A stretch of DNA of 64,000 nucleotides from Chiloscyllium plagiosum (lineage: Eukaryota): positions 4,433,464 through 4,497,463 of the forward strand of contig NC_057719.1 in NCBI RefSeq assembly GCF_004010195.1. Direction: 5' to 3'. The position numbers were made by a program, and so were the translations under genes. Positions 23,921-37,504 of this stretch are shown piece by piece. How positions within the stretch are numbered: the first letter of the stretch is position 1; each line of letters starts with the position of its first letter. The notes under the pieces are model-generated. The model ran no database searches and had not been told where the DNA came from. It saw nothing but the letters and a program-made list of their open reading frames with translations.

Positions 23921-24964
23921 ATTGGTTGATAAATGCCCCTTTACGTAAACAAATCTGCTATTTTCTTTTACCTCGGTCTGGCCTACATGTAACTCCAGCC
24001 CCCACAGCAATGTGACGGACTTGTAACCAAACTGTGGAGCAGTAACAGGGGCGATCAGGGAGGGGTAATAAATGGGCAGCGATGTTCACATTCCACAAAA
24101 GAATATTTTGAAAGAAGCCACACAGAGGGAGAGATGGAGTAAGAGAAGTGGCTGCTGGAGTGTTCTGCCCATAGCTGCCTTTCTGGGCCGCTGATAGTTT
24201 AGATTCACTCCCTCTCCCTCAGGCTTGCTGATCCTGAGGTTCATTTCAGACCCTTTGGGAGGTAATGAGTTCTTTGAAAGTCATTAAAGCAGTGGAGTTA
24301 CTTGGCACAATCCCTGGCAAATAACAGTTCAAAAAAAAACATAACCAAAAGTGTAAACATTAGTCGAACGTTTTGTGAAATGCAGTACACCCGAGAGACC
24401 AAAGCAATTTCTCTACACAACATTTGCTGAATATTTCACTGATTACAGAATATTACTGGTTCACTGCAACATGTCTGAAAATATATTTTCTAACAAAAAC
24501 AACTAAATTTGAGAAATGAAGCATTCATCAAACACTTTAACAATAATAAAGTGGGTTCTGTGGAATGACAGGGTGAGGGAGGGCAGCCTTGGCTGGAGTT
24601 TGTTTTAGTTTTCAGTGTGTGTGCTGCCTGATAGCCTTGACTTAAAGTTAATCCCTGCTCATGGCCCTGTGTGGAAGCCCAGAAACCACTCAGAAGTCTG
24701 TAAGACCACTGCTACTGCACACCTCATCATAAATAGATCACGCGACAGAGTCTCATACTTTCAACTGTCAATGGACCAGAAAGAACACTTTTTTGGAAAT
24801 ATTGCACTATCAGGCATGGGTACAAATTGAACTGCGTCACAGGCTCTTTCCTTTGTAAACCTGGCCAGAGAATGTCAGCCAACTCCTTAATGTCGGGGCA
24901 GTCATACCTAAGCCCAGTGTTACTTCACCTAAACACACTTTTGGTAACATATTATTAAACACCT

Positions 24965-25248
24965 ACTCACACACAGACACAGACACACACACACACACAC
25001 AACACACACAAATGCAGACAGACAGACGTGCACACACACGCACATACAAACAAAAGTGTAGACATACACACCACACCCACAGACACACACAAATACACAC
25101 ACATATACACACTCAGTCAAAGGCAGACACACACACACAGACATATACAGATACACAAACACACGCAGACACACACACAGACACACACACAGACACAAGC
25201 TCACACATGTGGGTATCAGCGCAGGTTTAAGCACATCCACACTCATAC
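24965..25248. repeat. Imperfect (CA)n microsatellite
   Basis: Long ca/caga/cata tract. Confidence 0.9.
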
Positions 25249-26479
25249 AAGCCTGCTCGGATAATAGATGGTGATAGTAAGCTTACTTTAAAAACCACTG
25301 CATTCCAAGCAATGAAAATGCTCCCAAGGAGCTGGCAGGCAAGGAATCCCTGGATTTTGACCCAGCCATAATTTTGCCATGATGGGGTAAGATGTATTCA
25401 GGGGAGTGAGTACTCCCTGGGTGCCATCACCCAACCTCTAGCCAGTTAAAGATCTAGCAAGCGGTCAGCTCACATGGTCAACTGCCTATAAAAGGTCAGG
25501 GGAGGGGAAAAGGGTGACCTGTTGTCCCATATTTTAAGGGATTGTCCCACTTTTGGAGTGTTAGTCCCAAATCCCTTAAGGGATGCCTTTATTTCCATGT
25601 TTCTCGGACAGCCAGGGAGACTGAACAGCTGAGTGACTTGATCAGGACTGCAAGTCTGTGCAAGATCAGCTAGTAATGTTGGGATTCCACAAGATAACTT
25701 TCATTATTTTAGCATCCTCACCAGCTCCCTCACCCCCACCTTTCTGACCCACATTACTGACTCATGATCACTAGTACTTCTCCCTGCTCATAGTCTCACA
25801 GTCAGTGTTTACGTTATTTCATAAGGTCACCTGCAGGGGAGCTGTTCACTCATGTGTCTGCTTATGTGGATGGGTTCATGTGCAAGTAAATATTGTAACA
25901 ACCTTTGACCCAGAAGCAGTACAGGGAAAATCTCTAATTTTTTAACATGTCTATAGAATCTGTAACTGTTGTCAAGAATGCTTGAAACTGAGATCAATTA
26001 AACAAGGATCAATTCTATATTTCTTGCTTTATAAGGGGTACTGGCCCATGGAACCAGGTAACCCTTGACCTAGAAGCTGTACCAACCAGAAAGAAGTTAA
26101 GATGAGAAGCTATGTGACTGGCAGATACAAAAGAGAGCTACAAGCAGAGTAGTGGGAGGGTGAATACATTGGTGTAAGCACACGACGAAAACATAGACAG
26201 AAGGAAGAACATGCTCAATTTCTGAAGGAGTGAGGCATCACGGAATCACCATTCTGGAGAAAGATGCAATTTGTCCCATTTTCTCTGTTCTGGTTCTCCA
26301 GTGCCACTCTCTTACTTTTCTGTCTACCACTACATGTTATTTCTCTTCAAATAATCATTAATACCTTTACGAAAGCTTCAATTTTCAGGCAACATTCTGG
26401 ACTACAATCAGGTTTTCACACTGCATTCGCTTCTGTCGCGAATTACTTTCATTCAGTACCCTCGTAGTTTTAATCCTTT

Positions 26480-27360
26480 TACGAGTGAAAACAGTTTCCA
26501 CAATCTAATCTGTCTGGACCCCTCACGATTTTGAAAATTTCTATCAAATCTCCTTTCAGCCATTTTCCCTCCAAGGAAAGCACTCGTAACCCTTTCATAA
26601 TTAAACCTCTCATCCATCGAAACATTGTTGTAAACCTTTCCTCTACTTTTTCCAATACATTCACACGCTTCCCATCATGTGATGCCCAAAACTGTACACA
26701 ATATTCCTGTAGAGGTCTAATCAGCGTCTTATATAAGTCCAGCACTATATACTTGTTTTTGGGTTCCAGGCCCTTATTAACAAAGCATAGGATCCTGTCT
26801 GCTTTATTAACTGCTTTCTCCACCTGTCCTGCCACCTTTAACAATGTGACCACAAATACACCCAGGTCCCTCTGCTCCTGCACACTGCTTAGTGTGTCCT
26901 GTATTGCATCGCTTTGCACCATGTATTGAGCAACAGTGTAATGTTTGCACTTCTCTAATCCTCTGGCCCTACATCTGACTCCATAAGGTTATAAGACCTG
27001 AGTAGCAGAAGTAGGCCATTCAGCCCATTAAATCTACTCTACCATTCAACGAGATCATGGCTGATCCAGTGTTCCTCAACTGCACTTTCTTGCCCTTTCC
27101 CATCACCGTTGATTATCTTACTAATTCCAAATGTCTCTCTCAGCCTTGGATTTACTTATACCAGCCTCAACAGCCCTTTCTAGAGTCACTATCCTCTGAG
27201 AGAAGAAATTCCTCCTCATCTCTGTCTTTAATGTATGATCGCTTACTTTGAGATTATGCCCTCTCACTCTAGACTCTCCTACCAGGGAGATACACTCTCC
27301 ACATCTACATTCCCTGAGAATCCCATGTAGTTCAATAAAGTCTCTTCTCATTGGTCTAAT
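26480..27360 (-). mobile_element. Two old CR1 fragments
   Basis: Minus ORF QRDLGVFV..KVAGQVEKAVNKA..LYKTLIRPLQEYCVQFW; the second fragment has RGHNLK..RRNFFSQR. Confidence 0.8.
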
Positions 27361-27709
27361 CAGTCCAAGGAAAATTTAAAATTATTTCCAGTGCCTTCGT
27401 AATTTACACTCACTTCCTTCAGAATTCTTGGAGATCTGTTCCTCGACATCCTCCTTGTTGAGAATCTGTAGATCACACCAAACTATGTAACTGCATCTCC
27501 CAGCCAATTTAGTTCTAACCAAATCTATTCTATCATTGAACTCTCTGGGATGGTCACTTTCTCTAGCACTGCATTGCTATCCTCACCATTAAACCAGTCC
27601 CTTCTCCTTTCCTACCTTTCTGAATGTCTTGTATCCCAGAATATTTAACCCCAATTCCACTCTTTTCTGAGCCAGCTGTCTGTATATCCTCAACATTGAA
27701 AATCCACAC

Positions 27710-28136
27710 TAGGAGGAAGTGAGGGCTGCAGATGCTGGAGATCAGAGTGAAAAGGTGTGACGCTGGAAAAGCACAGCAGGTCAGGCAGTATCTGAGGAGC
27801 AGTAAAATCGACGTTTCGGGCAAAACCCCTTCATCAGGAATACAGGCAGAGAGCCTGAAGGGTGGAGAGATAAATGAGAGTAGGGTCGGGGTGGGGAGAA
27901 AGTAGCATAGAGTACAATAGGTGAGTGGGGGAGGGGATGAAGGTGATAGGTCAAGGGGGAGAGGGGGTGGAGTGGATAGGTGGAAAAGAAGATAGGCAGG
28001 TAGGACAAGTCATGGGGACAGTGTTTTTACCTATAAGCCCCACATTCCTGATGAAGGGCTTATGCCTGTAACGTTGACTCTCCTGCTCCTCAGATGCTGC
28101 CTGACCTGCTGTACTTTTCCAGTGCCACATTCTTCA
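27710..28136. mobile_element. Fold-back PLE terminal element with two hammerhead-like motifs
   Basis: Minus-strand motif at ~27807-27840 and plus-strand motif at ~28044-28078. Imperfect TSD attgaaaatccacac / attgtaattccacac. Confidence 0.75.
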
Positions 28137-29569
28137 ATTGTAATTCCACACACCAATCTGCATCTGTATTTCACCCCTGTTCTTTAACTATACTTCGGTT
28201 CATTTAGATAACATGCAATATATCCTTGGTTTAAAATACTTTAATAGCATTCTATTTCAACTCCACCCTTTGACTATTCTCTATTCTAGTGTTGTCTCTC
28301 ACTGTATTTTGTGTGTCATGGGATCCTATATCTGATATCGTCTGTTGATTTCCACACCCCAGCCAATTTTGTTTAACCTTACCCCACCAACAGCCTCAGC
28401 AAAATGCCCCTCACAGAGCTCAGACCTGGCTGTCTTCAGGAGGAGAAGGGTTGTGCACTCAGGAGCAGGTCAGCTTCTCTGTTTGTCAGAAAAGGAGACA
28501 GGACCTCTTGAGGGTAATGTGTGAGCTGGCAAAAAGTCCTGGAGACTCCAGGACTGGGTGCTTTCCCAGAAGTGGTCAAACCATGAATCGGGGTGTTATC
28601 GTTCGATCAGTTGGGAAGGTTCTGGAAAGCTAGGCCATCAGGAATATTGTGACTCAAGGGAGCAAGGGTTCACGGAAGTATGCCTTGTGGATAATAACTA
28701 TTCCCCAGGGGTCAAAGGTGAAAGCTGTTGTTGAATGGCATACCTGACCTGCCCTGTGGGAAGAAAGAACAACTGCATAGTTATATAGTGTCACATTTGG
28801 GCAGGCAGCAATACAAACTGTTGTGGTCCGTAATAAATATCTTTGTTTTATTGATTATTTAAAGTAAAATGTATATTTATTTTACACAATTAAAACTATA
28901 ATAACAAAATACACTACAAACTAACAATTTGCACTATGACTCTAACCAACTATCTTGTGCTTTAACGTAACTCTGAATGAGCATTTACCACCAAACTAGA
29001 TCTTGGCCTTGATTCATGTGGTGATGGTTGCCTGGTCTTTTCCTGGTGGTCCCAGAGTTGTCTTCTCTTCACAGTGGTTGGTCTCGAGTTACCTCCTGAG
29101 GGTGGTGTTGCGGCAGTTCTTACACTTAGAAGTTTTCGCGCCCTTTTGGACGGGTCCACCAGTAGATTGATCAAAGCTCGATCACCCTGATCGATTGGAC
29201 CCAACCAGGCAATGACATGTCGATGGCAGGGTCAGCCTTGGACATTCATTCCTGGAGGTGTTGGGCACATGTATGTCAGGTTACACTCTCCAAATAAGGA
29301 TTTGAGGTGCCCCTGTGTTTGGTAAACAACTCCATGTTTCCGATTGTCCTGGGGATGGCATTCAGGTCAATTCCATTCTATTCAAATTCAAGTGTATCGT
29401 ACGGTCTGCAGCTACTGGGTCAGTTGCATACTGTCTGTCTGTAGCTGCAGCCTGTTTGGATTCTCACAGTCACTTTTGGCCCAGGCTTGTCTCAATTTCC
29501 CAGCATGCCTCATTTATTGTGCATTTCTCATAAATCCATAATTTTGAGCGGCCTGTTTGGTCACAGTAG

Positions 29570-29810
29570 GGTGTGTCTTTGTGTGTGTAAGACATGTGTA
29601 GAGTGTTTGGAGTACATGTACAGGATTTTTGTGTATATATACCTGTGGGTGGGAAATGTCTGTATGTGAAAGTGTTTGTCTGTGTGTGAAAGCGAGTATG
29701 TTCTGTGTTTGGGAGCGTGCGAGTGTGCATGTGTTTATGTGAAAATATGTTGTATGCAGCTGTGTATACCTGTGTCTGTATATGGGGGTTGTGTGTATGT
29801 ACATCTCTGT
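29570..29810. repeat. Degenerate (TG)n microsatellite
   Basis: tg/tatg-rich tract. Confidence 0.75.
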
Positions 29811-30534
29811 ACAATTTACTAAATGTGACATGTCCCCTTTGGGTCAACCATTGCTGTTATATCAGATACTCAGTCTCAGGTTTATGAACCAAAGCCATTG
29901 GATGTTCCTGTGGCCATGACAGTTTTGTTTCATTGAAGAACCAGCCAGAAAAAAGACAGTTCACTACCACCTTCTCAAGGTCAACTTGGGACGGGCAAGA
30001 GGGATGCCCAAATCACATGGATGACTAAAACTGGAACTGTCCTTATCAGGTGATTTTAGAAGCACAGTGCTACTGGGGTGGATCTGGTCATTAACTTGGA
30101 ATGCTGCACGGGCTTCATGCTAGTAAGCAGCAGGTAATCTGGCCCAATGGAGAATATGTGAAGACTATCTAGCACTGCTAACCTGCACCTCAGAGGAGCT
30201 GAGACAGCAATTTGATGCTCAGGAATCAGGAATGCCAATTAAAACCTGTTGAACCTTCTTATAGACAAGTGTGGTCCTGACAGAATCATGGTTGACCCTC
30301 TCCTGCTCAAACTACTCTTTGCAATCCAACCTAATCTAAGCAAGGGGTAGCTCCATGTACTTAATTGTGCTGGAAGAAGCATTCTTTATCTCATCGATAC
30401 CAATGGCTTTAAGTACACCATGACATACACATGTGCCATTGAATGCACCACTATCACATGCATCATCCCACTTCCTTTTTGAAAAGCAAGCATTTTCCAC
30501 AAAGCAGAATCGTTTGGGTGATTGTCCTAAAAAG

Positions 30535-30660
30535 GTTCTGGATTAGAGTGGTGTTGGAAAAGCACAGCAGGTCAGGCAACATCCGAGGAGCAGGAAAATC
30601 GACGTTTCGGGCAAAAGCCCTTCATCAGGAATACCTGCTTCTGCAGTCATTGTTTTTACC
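30535..30660. mobile_element. 126-bp PLE mini-insertion with intact minus-strand hammerhead motif
   Basis: Perfect 16-bp TSD tgattgtcctaaaaag at 30519-30534 and 30661-30676. Confidence 0.85.
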
Positions 30661-31477
30661 TGATTGTCCTAAAAAGTCAATAAACCCCCAAATAGATCAC
30701 ACAAGGTGGACACAATCAGCGGTATCACCCTTTAAAGGCAGGGAGCCTGGCTATCAGTGAATCATAACTTCACTGTGACACAAAGATATATTCCACATAA
30801 CACAATCCAAACCTTTTATCCAGGAAAATAATCTGCAACAAGGACACATGGCTGAATAGAAAGCAAAAAAAAAAAGCAAGGGGGCAGTGCAGTGTGTGGT
30901 CATTTCACTCAGTTATTCAGATGTTGGACGGTTCCCAAAGACCGCTGGCTAAATTATCTTTGGACCTTCTCAGTGTTTATGCAAGTGGTAAGAGGTATGT
31001 TAAACAGGTCAGCAAAGTAATGCTCATTATTAGATGTATAGAAATGTAACAGGTTATCAGCAAACATGCCCTCCCTCTTCTTTCTCTTCCTTTCCTTTAC
31101 TTTCTTCCAGTCCTTTGATGGGGATGTGATTGATGAGGTGGTTTGGCACTGACTCAATCTTGCACAGATTTATAGTTCTAAATACTTTAAGAGGTGAAAG
31201 GAGAGTGAAATGAGATCTTCTCGGATATAGGGCGTTTGCTCCTTGTAAACTTTAATGTGGTTTTCACTGCCACGGGGAAAAACATGAAAAGAAAATTTGA
31301 AATGCGTACGGAATGGTATTTAGGAATAAGTTGGCCAGAGTGCACAGTGAACACAGGTTCAATAGCAAGGTGGTCAGCAAATAATTCAGGGAAATGGTCA
31401 CCATAGCTGGTCAATGATTTGGGCCCAATGGGACTGAGTGGGGGCACAGTGGGCAGTGAATGGCCTAGGTTAGAAGA

Positions 31478-31757
31478 AATAGAACATAGAACATAGAACA
31501 TAGAAGAATACAGCGCAGTACAGGCCCTTCAGCCCTCGATGTTGCGCCGATCCAAGCCCACCTAACTTACACTAGCCCACTATCCTCCATATGCCTATCC
31601 AATGCCCGCTTAAATGCCCATAATGAGGGAGAGTCCACCACTGCTACTGGCAGGGCATTCCATGAACTCACGACTCACTGAGTAAAGAACCTACCCCTAA
31701 CATCTGTCCTATACCTACCCTCCCTTAATTTAAAGGTATGCCCCCTTGTAATAGCTG
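31478..31757 (-). mobile_element. Young CR1 3' end with (atagaac)n tail
   Basis: Minus ORF TRGHTFKLREGRYRTDVRGRFFTQ. The same tail is inserted at 38908-39025. Confidence 0.85.
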
Positions 31758-32015
31758 AGATGTGGAATCTTCCGGAACCAATAGGTACAGCGGCTAGTAA
31801 ATACCAGTAACAATTGGGCAGTGAAGATTCATGAGAACAAGAGTCCAAGCCAGTGGGTTCAGTTGTCAATGGATAGTCCAACTTCAATGGGTACTTTGGT
31901 CAGTGAATGAGGACAGTGCAGTGGCATAGCAGAAGAAACAACCAGTGTCAATTTAATTCCAGTAATGGGAGCATTGATGAGGAGTTGGGGGCAAAACCCA
32001 ACACACCTGCAGATG

Positions 32016-32187
32016 TGGAGGTGCCGGTGTTCGACTGGGGTGAACAAGGTCAGACGTGCACAACGCCAGGTTTAATCCAACAGATTTATTTGAAACCACA
32101 AGCCACTGGAAGGAGCAACGCTCCGAAAGCTTGTGATTTCAAATAAACCTGTTGGACTGTAAAGCAGTGTCATGTGACTTCTGACAT
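32016..32187. mobile_element. Fold-back PLE terminal element (GGAGC family)
   Basis: Inverted arms caacagatttatttgaaaccacaagc / gcttgtgatttcaaataaacctgttg around ggagcaacgctccgaaagc. Confidence 0.7.
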
Positions 32188-32629
32188 GCAGACTTATGAA
32201 TAGTCACAGAGCAGGAGACATGCCAGTCAATATTAATGATTCATGTTCAGCAAGCATATTGGTCAGTGGATTGAGCTAGACTTCATGGTAATGTAATGGG
32301 TCTTAATTGGGATAACCACAGACCTGAAGATGATTCAATACACTGCAGCCATGGTAGACAATGCAATCCCTGATCTTTGCATCAGTTTCACTAACCTCAG
32401 TAGGTGTTAGAGCGAGGGGGGTCAGGGTTATGGGTAGGGAAGAGGAGGTGTACTAGATTAGTATTTCAGAGCCTGGACTAAATCTGAAACTATGAACTCA
32501 AATGAAAGACTGAGCAGTAAATTGAATAAACCTTGAATATAAAAATTAGTACCAGTGATTGTAACCATGAAATGATGGCTTACTAAAAGCAGCCCAGAGA
32601 AATAGATTTGTTGTACTTACTCAAGCTAT

Positions 32630-33070
32630 CTTTATGTGATGCAAGATCTGGAAAATGATACCGTGGTTTATGTTGAGGTTCATTTCGAGCACCTCCACAA
32701 CACAGGACTTTGTTCTCTCTGGGCTGTTATGAGGGAGACACACAGAGACAAACATCAACTTCACCTGGAGGATCATATCACTGAGAAAAATATGTTTTGG
32801 TCTTCCCCAAACCTGCTGATCATCCCGGTTGCTCCCGACCGAGTGTTACAGACTGGCTTGCTCTGAGGCCCAGGACTGCGTGCTGAAGGACACGCTAGAG
32901 CTTGGAGCAACAACCAGAGACACAAAGGGGAATGTGCACTGTCTAAGACCTTTCAGCCAGAGTATGGAATCAAGTTGAACTTTGTTGCATCTCCTGTAAT
33001 TTGCAACTCAAAATGCTTTGTAATATACATTTACAAAAGTTATAAATAGTGCATACGTTGGGAAAAAAAT
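32630..33070 (+). mobile_element. Degenerate Tx1/L1-clade LINE 3' end
   Basis: Decayed THTETNIN..WRII..WS.PNLL..TECYRLA..QD.VLKD.L.LGA C-terminal peptide followed by an A-tail. Confidence 0.55.
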
Positions 33071-33119
33071 TGACTTGAGACCTTGTAAGATCAAAAGGTG
33101 AGTCACATTACCCAACCAC

Positions 33120-33552
33120 TTGCTTGCCATAGCTCAATGGTAGTGTTCTTACCTGAGTCAGAAAATGGTAAGTTCATAAACTCCAAACACCTTGAACGTA
33201 ACATTAAGGTTGCTAACCCCAATGAACTATTGGGGGAGCACTGAATGGTCAGAACTGCTGAGACCTTAACCCAAGGCCAAGTCTCCCCTCTCGGGTGGAA
33301 CTAGAAGATTGCACGGTGCACTTTTAAAGGCGAGGAGTTCACCTTGGCAACTTGGGGCAATATTTACCCGTCATCACTAAAATCAACACATTATCAGGTT
33401 ATTATCATGTTGTGGGCCGCTATTAGGCTAACATTGGCTGGTGCATGTCCTATGTTACAGTACCCATGACAGTTCAAAAGTATGCAATTGCCTGTAAAAC
33501 ATTTTGGGTAATGCTGAAGTCTTGAAGGGCGCTATAGAAATATAAGTTAAAC
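33120..33552 (+). mobile_element. DeuSINE (SacSINE1/AmnSINE1-like)
   Basis: tRNA-like head gctcaatggtag..ctgagtcagaa, Deu-domain-like blocks (cccctctcgggtgga, caatatttacc, acattggctg) and the gaagggcgctatagaaatataag end. Confidence 0.7.
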
Positions 33553-34644
33553 ATAGTCATAGAATAATAGAGGTCTACAGCACAGTAAAAAGCCGTTCAG
33601 CCCATCGAATCTGTGTGGTCAAAACAAGCACGTAACTGGAACCAAAATATTACCTTTGATCTCTTTCTACAGATGCTACCAGTCCTGCTGAGCTTTTCCA
33701 GCAATATTTTGTAACTATTCTAATCCCACTGTTTGGCCGTTGGCCCTTAGTCTTGTCATTGCAAGTGCTCACCTAAATACTTCGTAAATGTTCTGAGGGG
33801 TTTCGGCCTTCTTACAGGCAGTGAGTTCCAGATTCCCACTACCCTCCAAATGAAAAATTGTTTTCCTCCCATCCCCTCTAAATCTCTTACTTTGTTGCTT
33901 TTGGGGGCATATTGATTCTAAGGGCAGTCTAGTGTGGCTTTCAGAAGACACTGTAATAATGGGGAACTGGATTATTGATAATCAGGAGGACACTGAATTT
34001 AGTTAATTATGGTACTTAACCTGGTACTTGTGCAATGTAAATGGCATTTGTCAGTTCATGCTTGTCCATTTTCACACTCAATGACAGTGATGGTGTAGAG
34101 GTAACGTCACCAAATCAATACTAGCATTTCATGTTAATGGCTTTGGGAACTGAATTCAAATCTCACCTTAGGAGTTTGTAGGATTGATATTCAATCCATT
34201 AATCTAAAAGTCCGGATGACAAAAACAGGTGTAAAATTGAAGAATAGCAGGCCACAGATGTAAACACGTTCATAAAAGAAGCAAATGTGTTGTGAAAAAG
34301 AAATATTTCACACAACGAATGGTTCAGGTCTGGAAATGCACTGCCTGGAAGTGTGGTGGGGTTAGCCTCAATTAAAGACTTCAAGAGGGCATTGGATGAG
34401 GATTTAAATAGAAACAATGTACAAGGAGATGGAGAAAAGGCAAGAGATTGACATTGAGCCATGATGCTCACTTGGAGAGCCACTGCAGTTTTATACAAGT
34501 CTCCTTCCGTGCTGCAACACTCCATGTGATTCTGATTCTGTGACCATGAAACTATCAGAGATTGTTGGGAAAAGACCCATCAAAGTTATTAATATCCTTG
34601 AGGGAAAGAAATCTGCCAACTTTACCTTGTCTGGCCTAAATGTG

Positions 34645-35429
34645 TGTTATGGACCAGACCAGACACCCTCAAAATATATTAAGGAGGTAGTCAAGACCCT
34701 AACATTTTCTTATTTTAAAGGTAAATGTCAAGTGCTGTGTTCCAGATGCAAATCGATTGATCAAACTACTCGGCATTCTGCAAAACACAATTTATTCAAA
34801 TACTATTGTTAAGATACAACAAAATAAAGAAGAACTTGGAATAACGATTCTATTGGAAAACTTAACAGAATAATAGATACAGTAACTATTACTAATTAAC
34901 TGTTCCAATACAGCAACATCCCATAAGACACCCTTAGCAAAAGCAAATTCAGAAAACAGATTTATCTCACATGTAATCCAGCAGCACAGTAAGAAAACCC
35001 CCAGCTTTTGGGTGTAATCAAGAGAAGGAAAATTAGCTTTCACTTTTTCAAGATCCCAACAGTAACTGCTGAAAGCTAAACCTAAAATCCTTGGATATGT
35101 GGGAGCTCGATCACACCCATTCAGGCTGCTTCTATTGTTCCAGCTTTTAAAAAAACAGCCAAGGCTTCATAAGCTCTTTATCTTCTCTGAGACTGCTTGG
35201 CACCTGTACCCGAATCTCTCTCTCTCTCAAAGAAACAAAGACAAAACAAAAATAGAAATTTCTGGAAAAGCTCAGCAGGTCTGGCAGCATCTGTGGTTAA
35301 CATTCTGAGTCGAGTGACCTTTGTTTTCCATCGATTTCTATTTTTGTTTATGATTTATAGTATCCACAGTTCTTTCAGTTTTTATTTAGTAAAATAAAAC
35401 AAAACTCTTAAAGCCACACTATTGACACA
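34645..35429 (-). mobile_element. Solo LTR containing a PLE terminal fragment
   Basis: TG...CA ends with 4-bp TSD tgtg; homologous in reverse to 44117-44734. Confidence 0.7.
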
Positions 35430-36109
35430 TGTGACTCCAGACCCACATTGAATTGGTCTCTGAAATGGCCACACAGTTGTCAGGGATAAATACCTTTAAT
35501 GGAGAAGTGGGGAGTTTCATTATTGCAGGAAAATCATCTAAAGAGAAAGCTGCCTACTCCTGACCTGGCGATGAGTCAAAGCTTCGGACCTTCTTGACTA
35601 ATTGCATTTAACTCGCTGTAGCAAAAAGGAGAATGTGCTCATTATACAGAAAAAGGTGGACGAAATGAGGATTTGTTTATTCATTCTTTACATAATGTAT
35701 TCAGCTCTTGGAACTCAGACTCCATTTCCTGCCTTTTCCCTGAGCTATATGAGTAGGACCCACCTGAGTCCTCTCACTCATCGCTGACATGTGGAATCAT
35801 AGATTACAAGTTATTTACAAGCACTGATTTAAAATAAAAGTAATTTTGGATTTGAAACAAACCAGGGATTGTTTTATTTCTCCTGGATTTATTCTCAGGA
35901 ACTGTGCTAATTTATTGAGAGTTGAAGGACACGATGGGTGGTGGTTTAACAAGTTTAACCCAACTGTTGGGAAACTAATGGGTTTACATGTAAGAACTGT
36001 CCTTTGCACACTGCTTACTGCACTGAATTTCCACCTAATCCTTGCATTTTCCTACTGGTAAATTAGGACAATGATAATCCAAAAGATTCAGGATTATGTG
36101 AATATAGTT

Positions 36110-37208
36110 TGCAGTTTGCAGATGACAGTAGAATAGGCGGTGTACCAGACAGTGAAGATTATTTCAGAGTACAATGGGACGGTGATCAGATGGGCCAATG
36201 GCTGAGGAGTTGCAGGTGGTGATTAATTTAGATAAATGTGAGGTGTTGCATTTCGGTGAGACAAACCAAAGGAGGACTTAACAAAAACAGAAATTGCTGG
36301 AAAAGTTCAGTGGGTCTGGCAGCATCTGTGGAGAAAAATCAGTCACTGGACCTGAGACTTTAACTCTGATTTCTCTCCATAGATGCTGCCAAACCTGCTG
36401 AGCTTTTTCAGCAATTTCTGTTTTCTAGCATTTGCAGTTCTTTCAGTTTTTATTCAGGGCAGGATTTATACAGTTAATGGTAGGGCCCTGAGAAGTGTTA
36501 CTGAACAAAGAGACCTAGGGGTGCTGTGCATAGTTCCTTGAAATTGGAGTCAAAGGTAGACAGGGTGGTGAAGAGGGCATTTGGCACGTTTGCTTTCATT
36601 GGTCAGAACATTGAGGACAGGATTTGGGATGCCATGTTGCGGCTATATAGGACATTGGTGAGGTCACTTAGAATACTATGCACAATTCTGGTCACCCGTC
36701 TAAAGTAAGGATGTTGTTAAACTTGAGAAAGAGCAAAACAGATTTACATGAACGTTGCTGGCACTGGAGGTTTTGAGTTACAGGGAAGGACTGAATAAGC
36801 TGGGGCTTTTTTGCCTTGAAGGCATAGGAAGCTGGGAGGTGACCTTGTAGAACTTTATAAAACCACGAGGGGCATGGATAGGGTGAAAACCCAAGGTCTT
36901 TTCCCCTGGTAGGGGATCCAAAACTAGTGGGCATAGGATTAAGGTGAGAGGGAAAAGATTTAAAAAGCACCTAAGAAATAACTTTTTCACACAGAGGGTG
37001 GTACGTGTATGGAACAAGCTGCCAGAGGAAGTGGTGGAGGCTGGTACAATTACAACATTTAAAAGGCATCTGGATGGGTATATGAATAGGAAGAGTTTGG
37101 AGGGATATAGGCCAAGTGCTGGCAAATGGGACTAGATCAGGTTGGGATGTCTGGTCAGCGTGGTTGACTTGGAGCTAAGGGTCTATTTTTGTGCTGTATG
37201 ACTCTATC
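36110..37208 (+). mobile_element. CR1 3' ~1 kb, interrupted by a fold-back PLE fragment (~36281-36455)
   Basis: FADD motif (tttgcagatgac), RVVKRAFGTFAFIG and NNFFTQRVVRVWNKLP. Confidence 0.85.
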
Positions 37209-37504
37209 ATGCATAGATGTTTCTCAAGCATAATTATTACTGTGTCTCACCCAATGGTGCTCTTTTGTTTTAAAAAGATAAAGCTGAAGAGATGCTAATC
37301 AGGGTCACAGAAATCATACAAGGTTTGATAAGGTAGATAGAGGGGACACAGGAAAGGAGTGGGCCATTCAGCCCCTGTTCCAGCCTGTTCCACCATTAAA
37401 TGAGCATGGCTGATTTGTGGCCTAACTCCACATAACTGTCTTTGGCCCATATCCCTTTGCTTAATCAAAAAACATCTATCTCAGATTTAAAGCTAACGTC
37501 CCCT

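Noticed and set aside
24929..25264. Cys/Val- or His/Thr-rich ORFs (also 29470-29887)
   Set aside because: Translations of CA/TG microsatellites.
25505..25612. hAT-like terminus (agggtgacc..gtccc repeats)
   Set aside because: Only one end is visible; no matching TIR or 8-bp TSD found.
30954..31157. Lys/Arg-rich ORF as a hidden exon
   Set aside because: Arises from a CT-rich tract; no recognisable homology or convincing splice pair.
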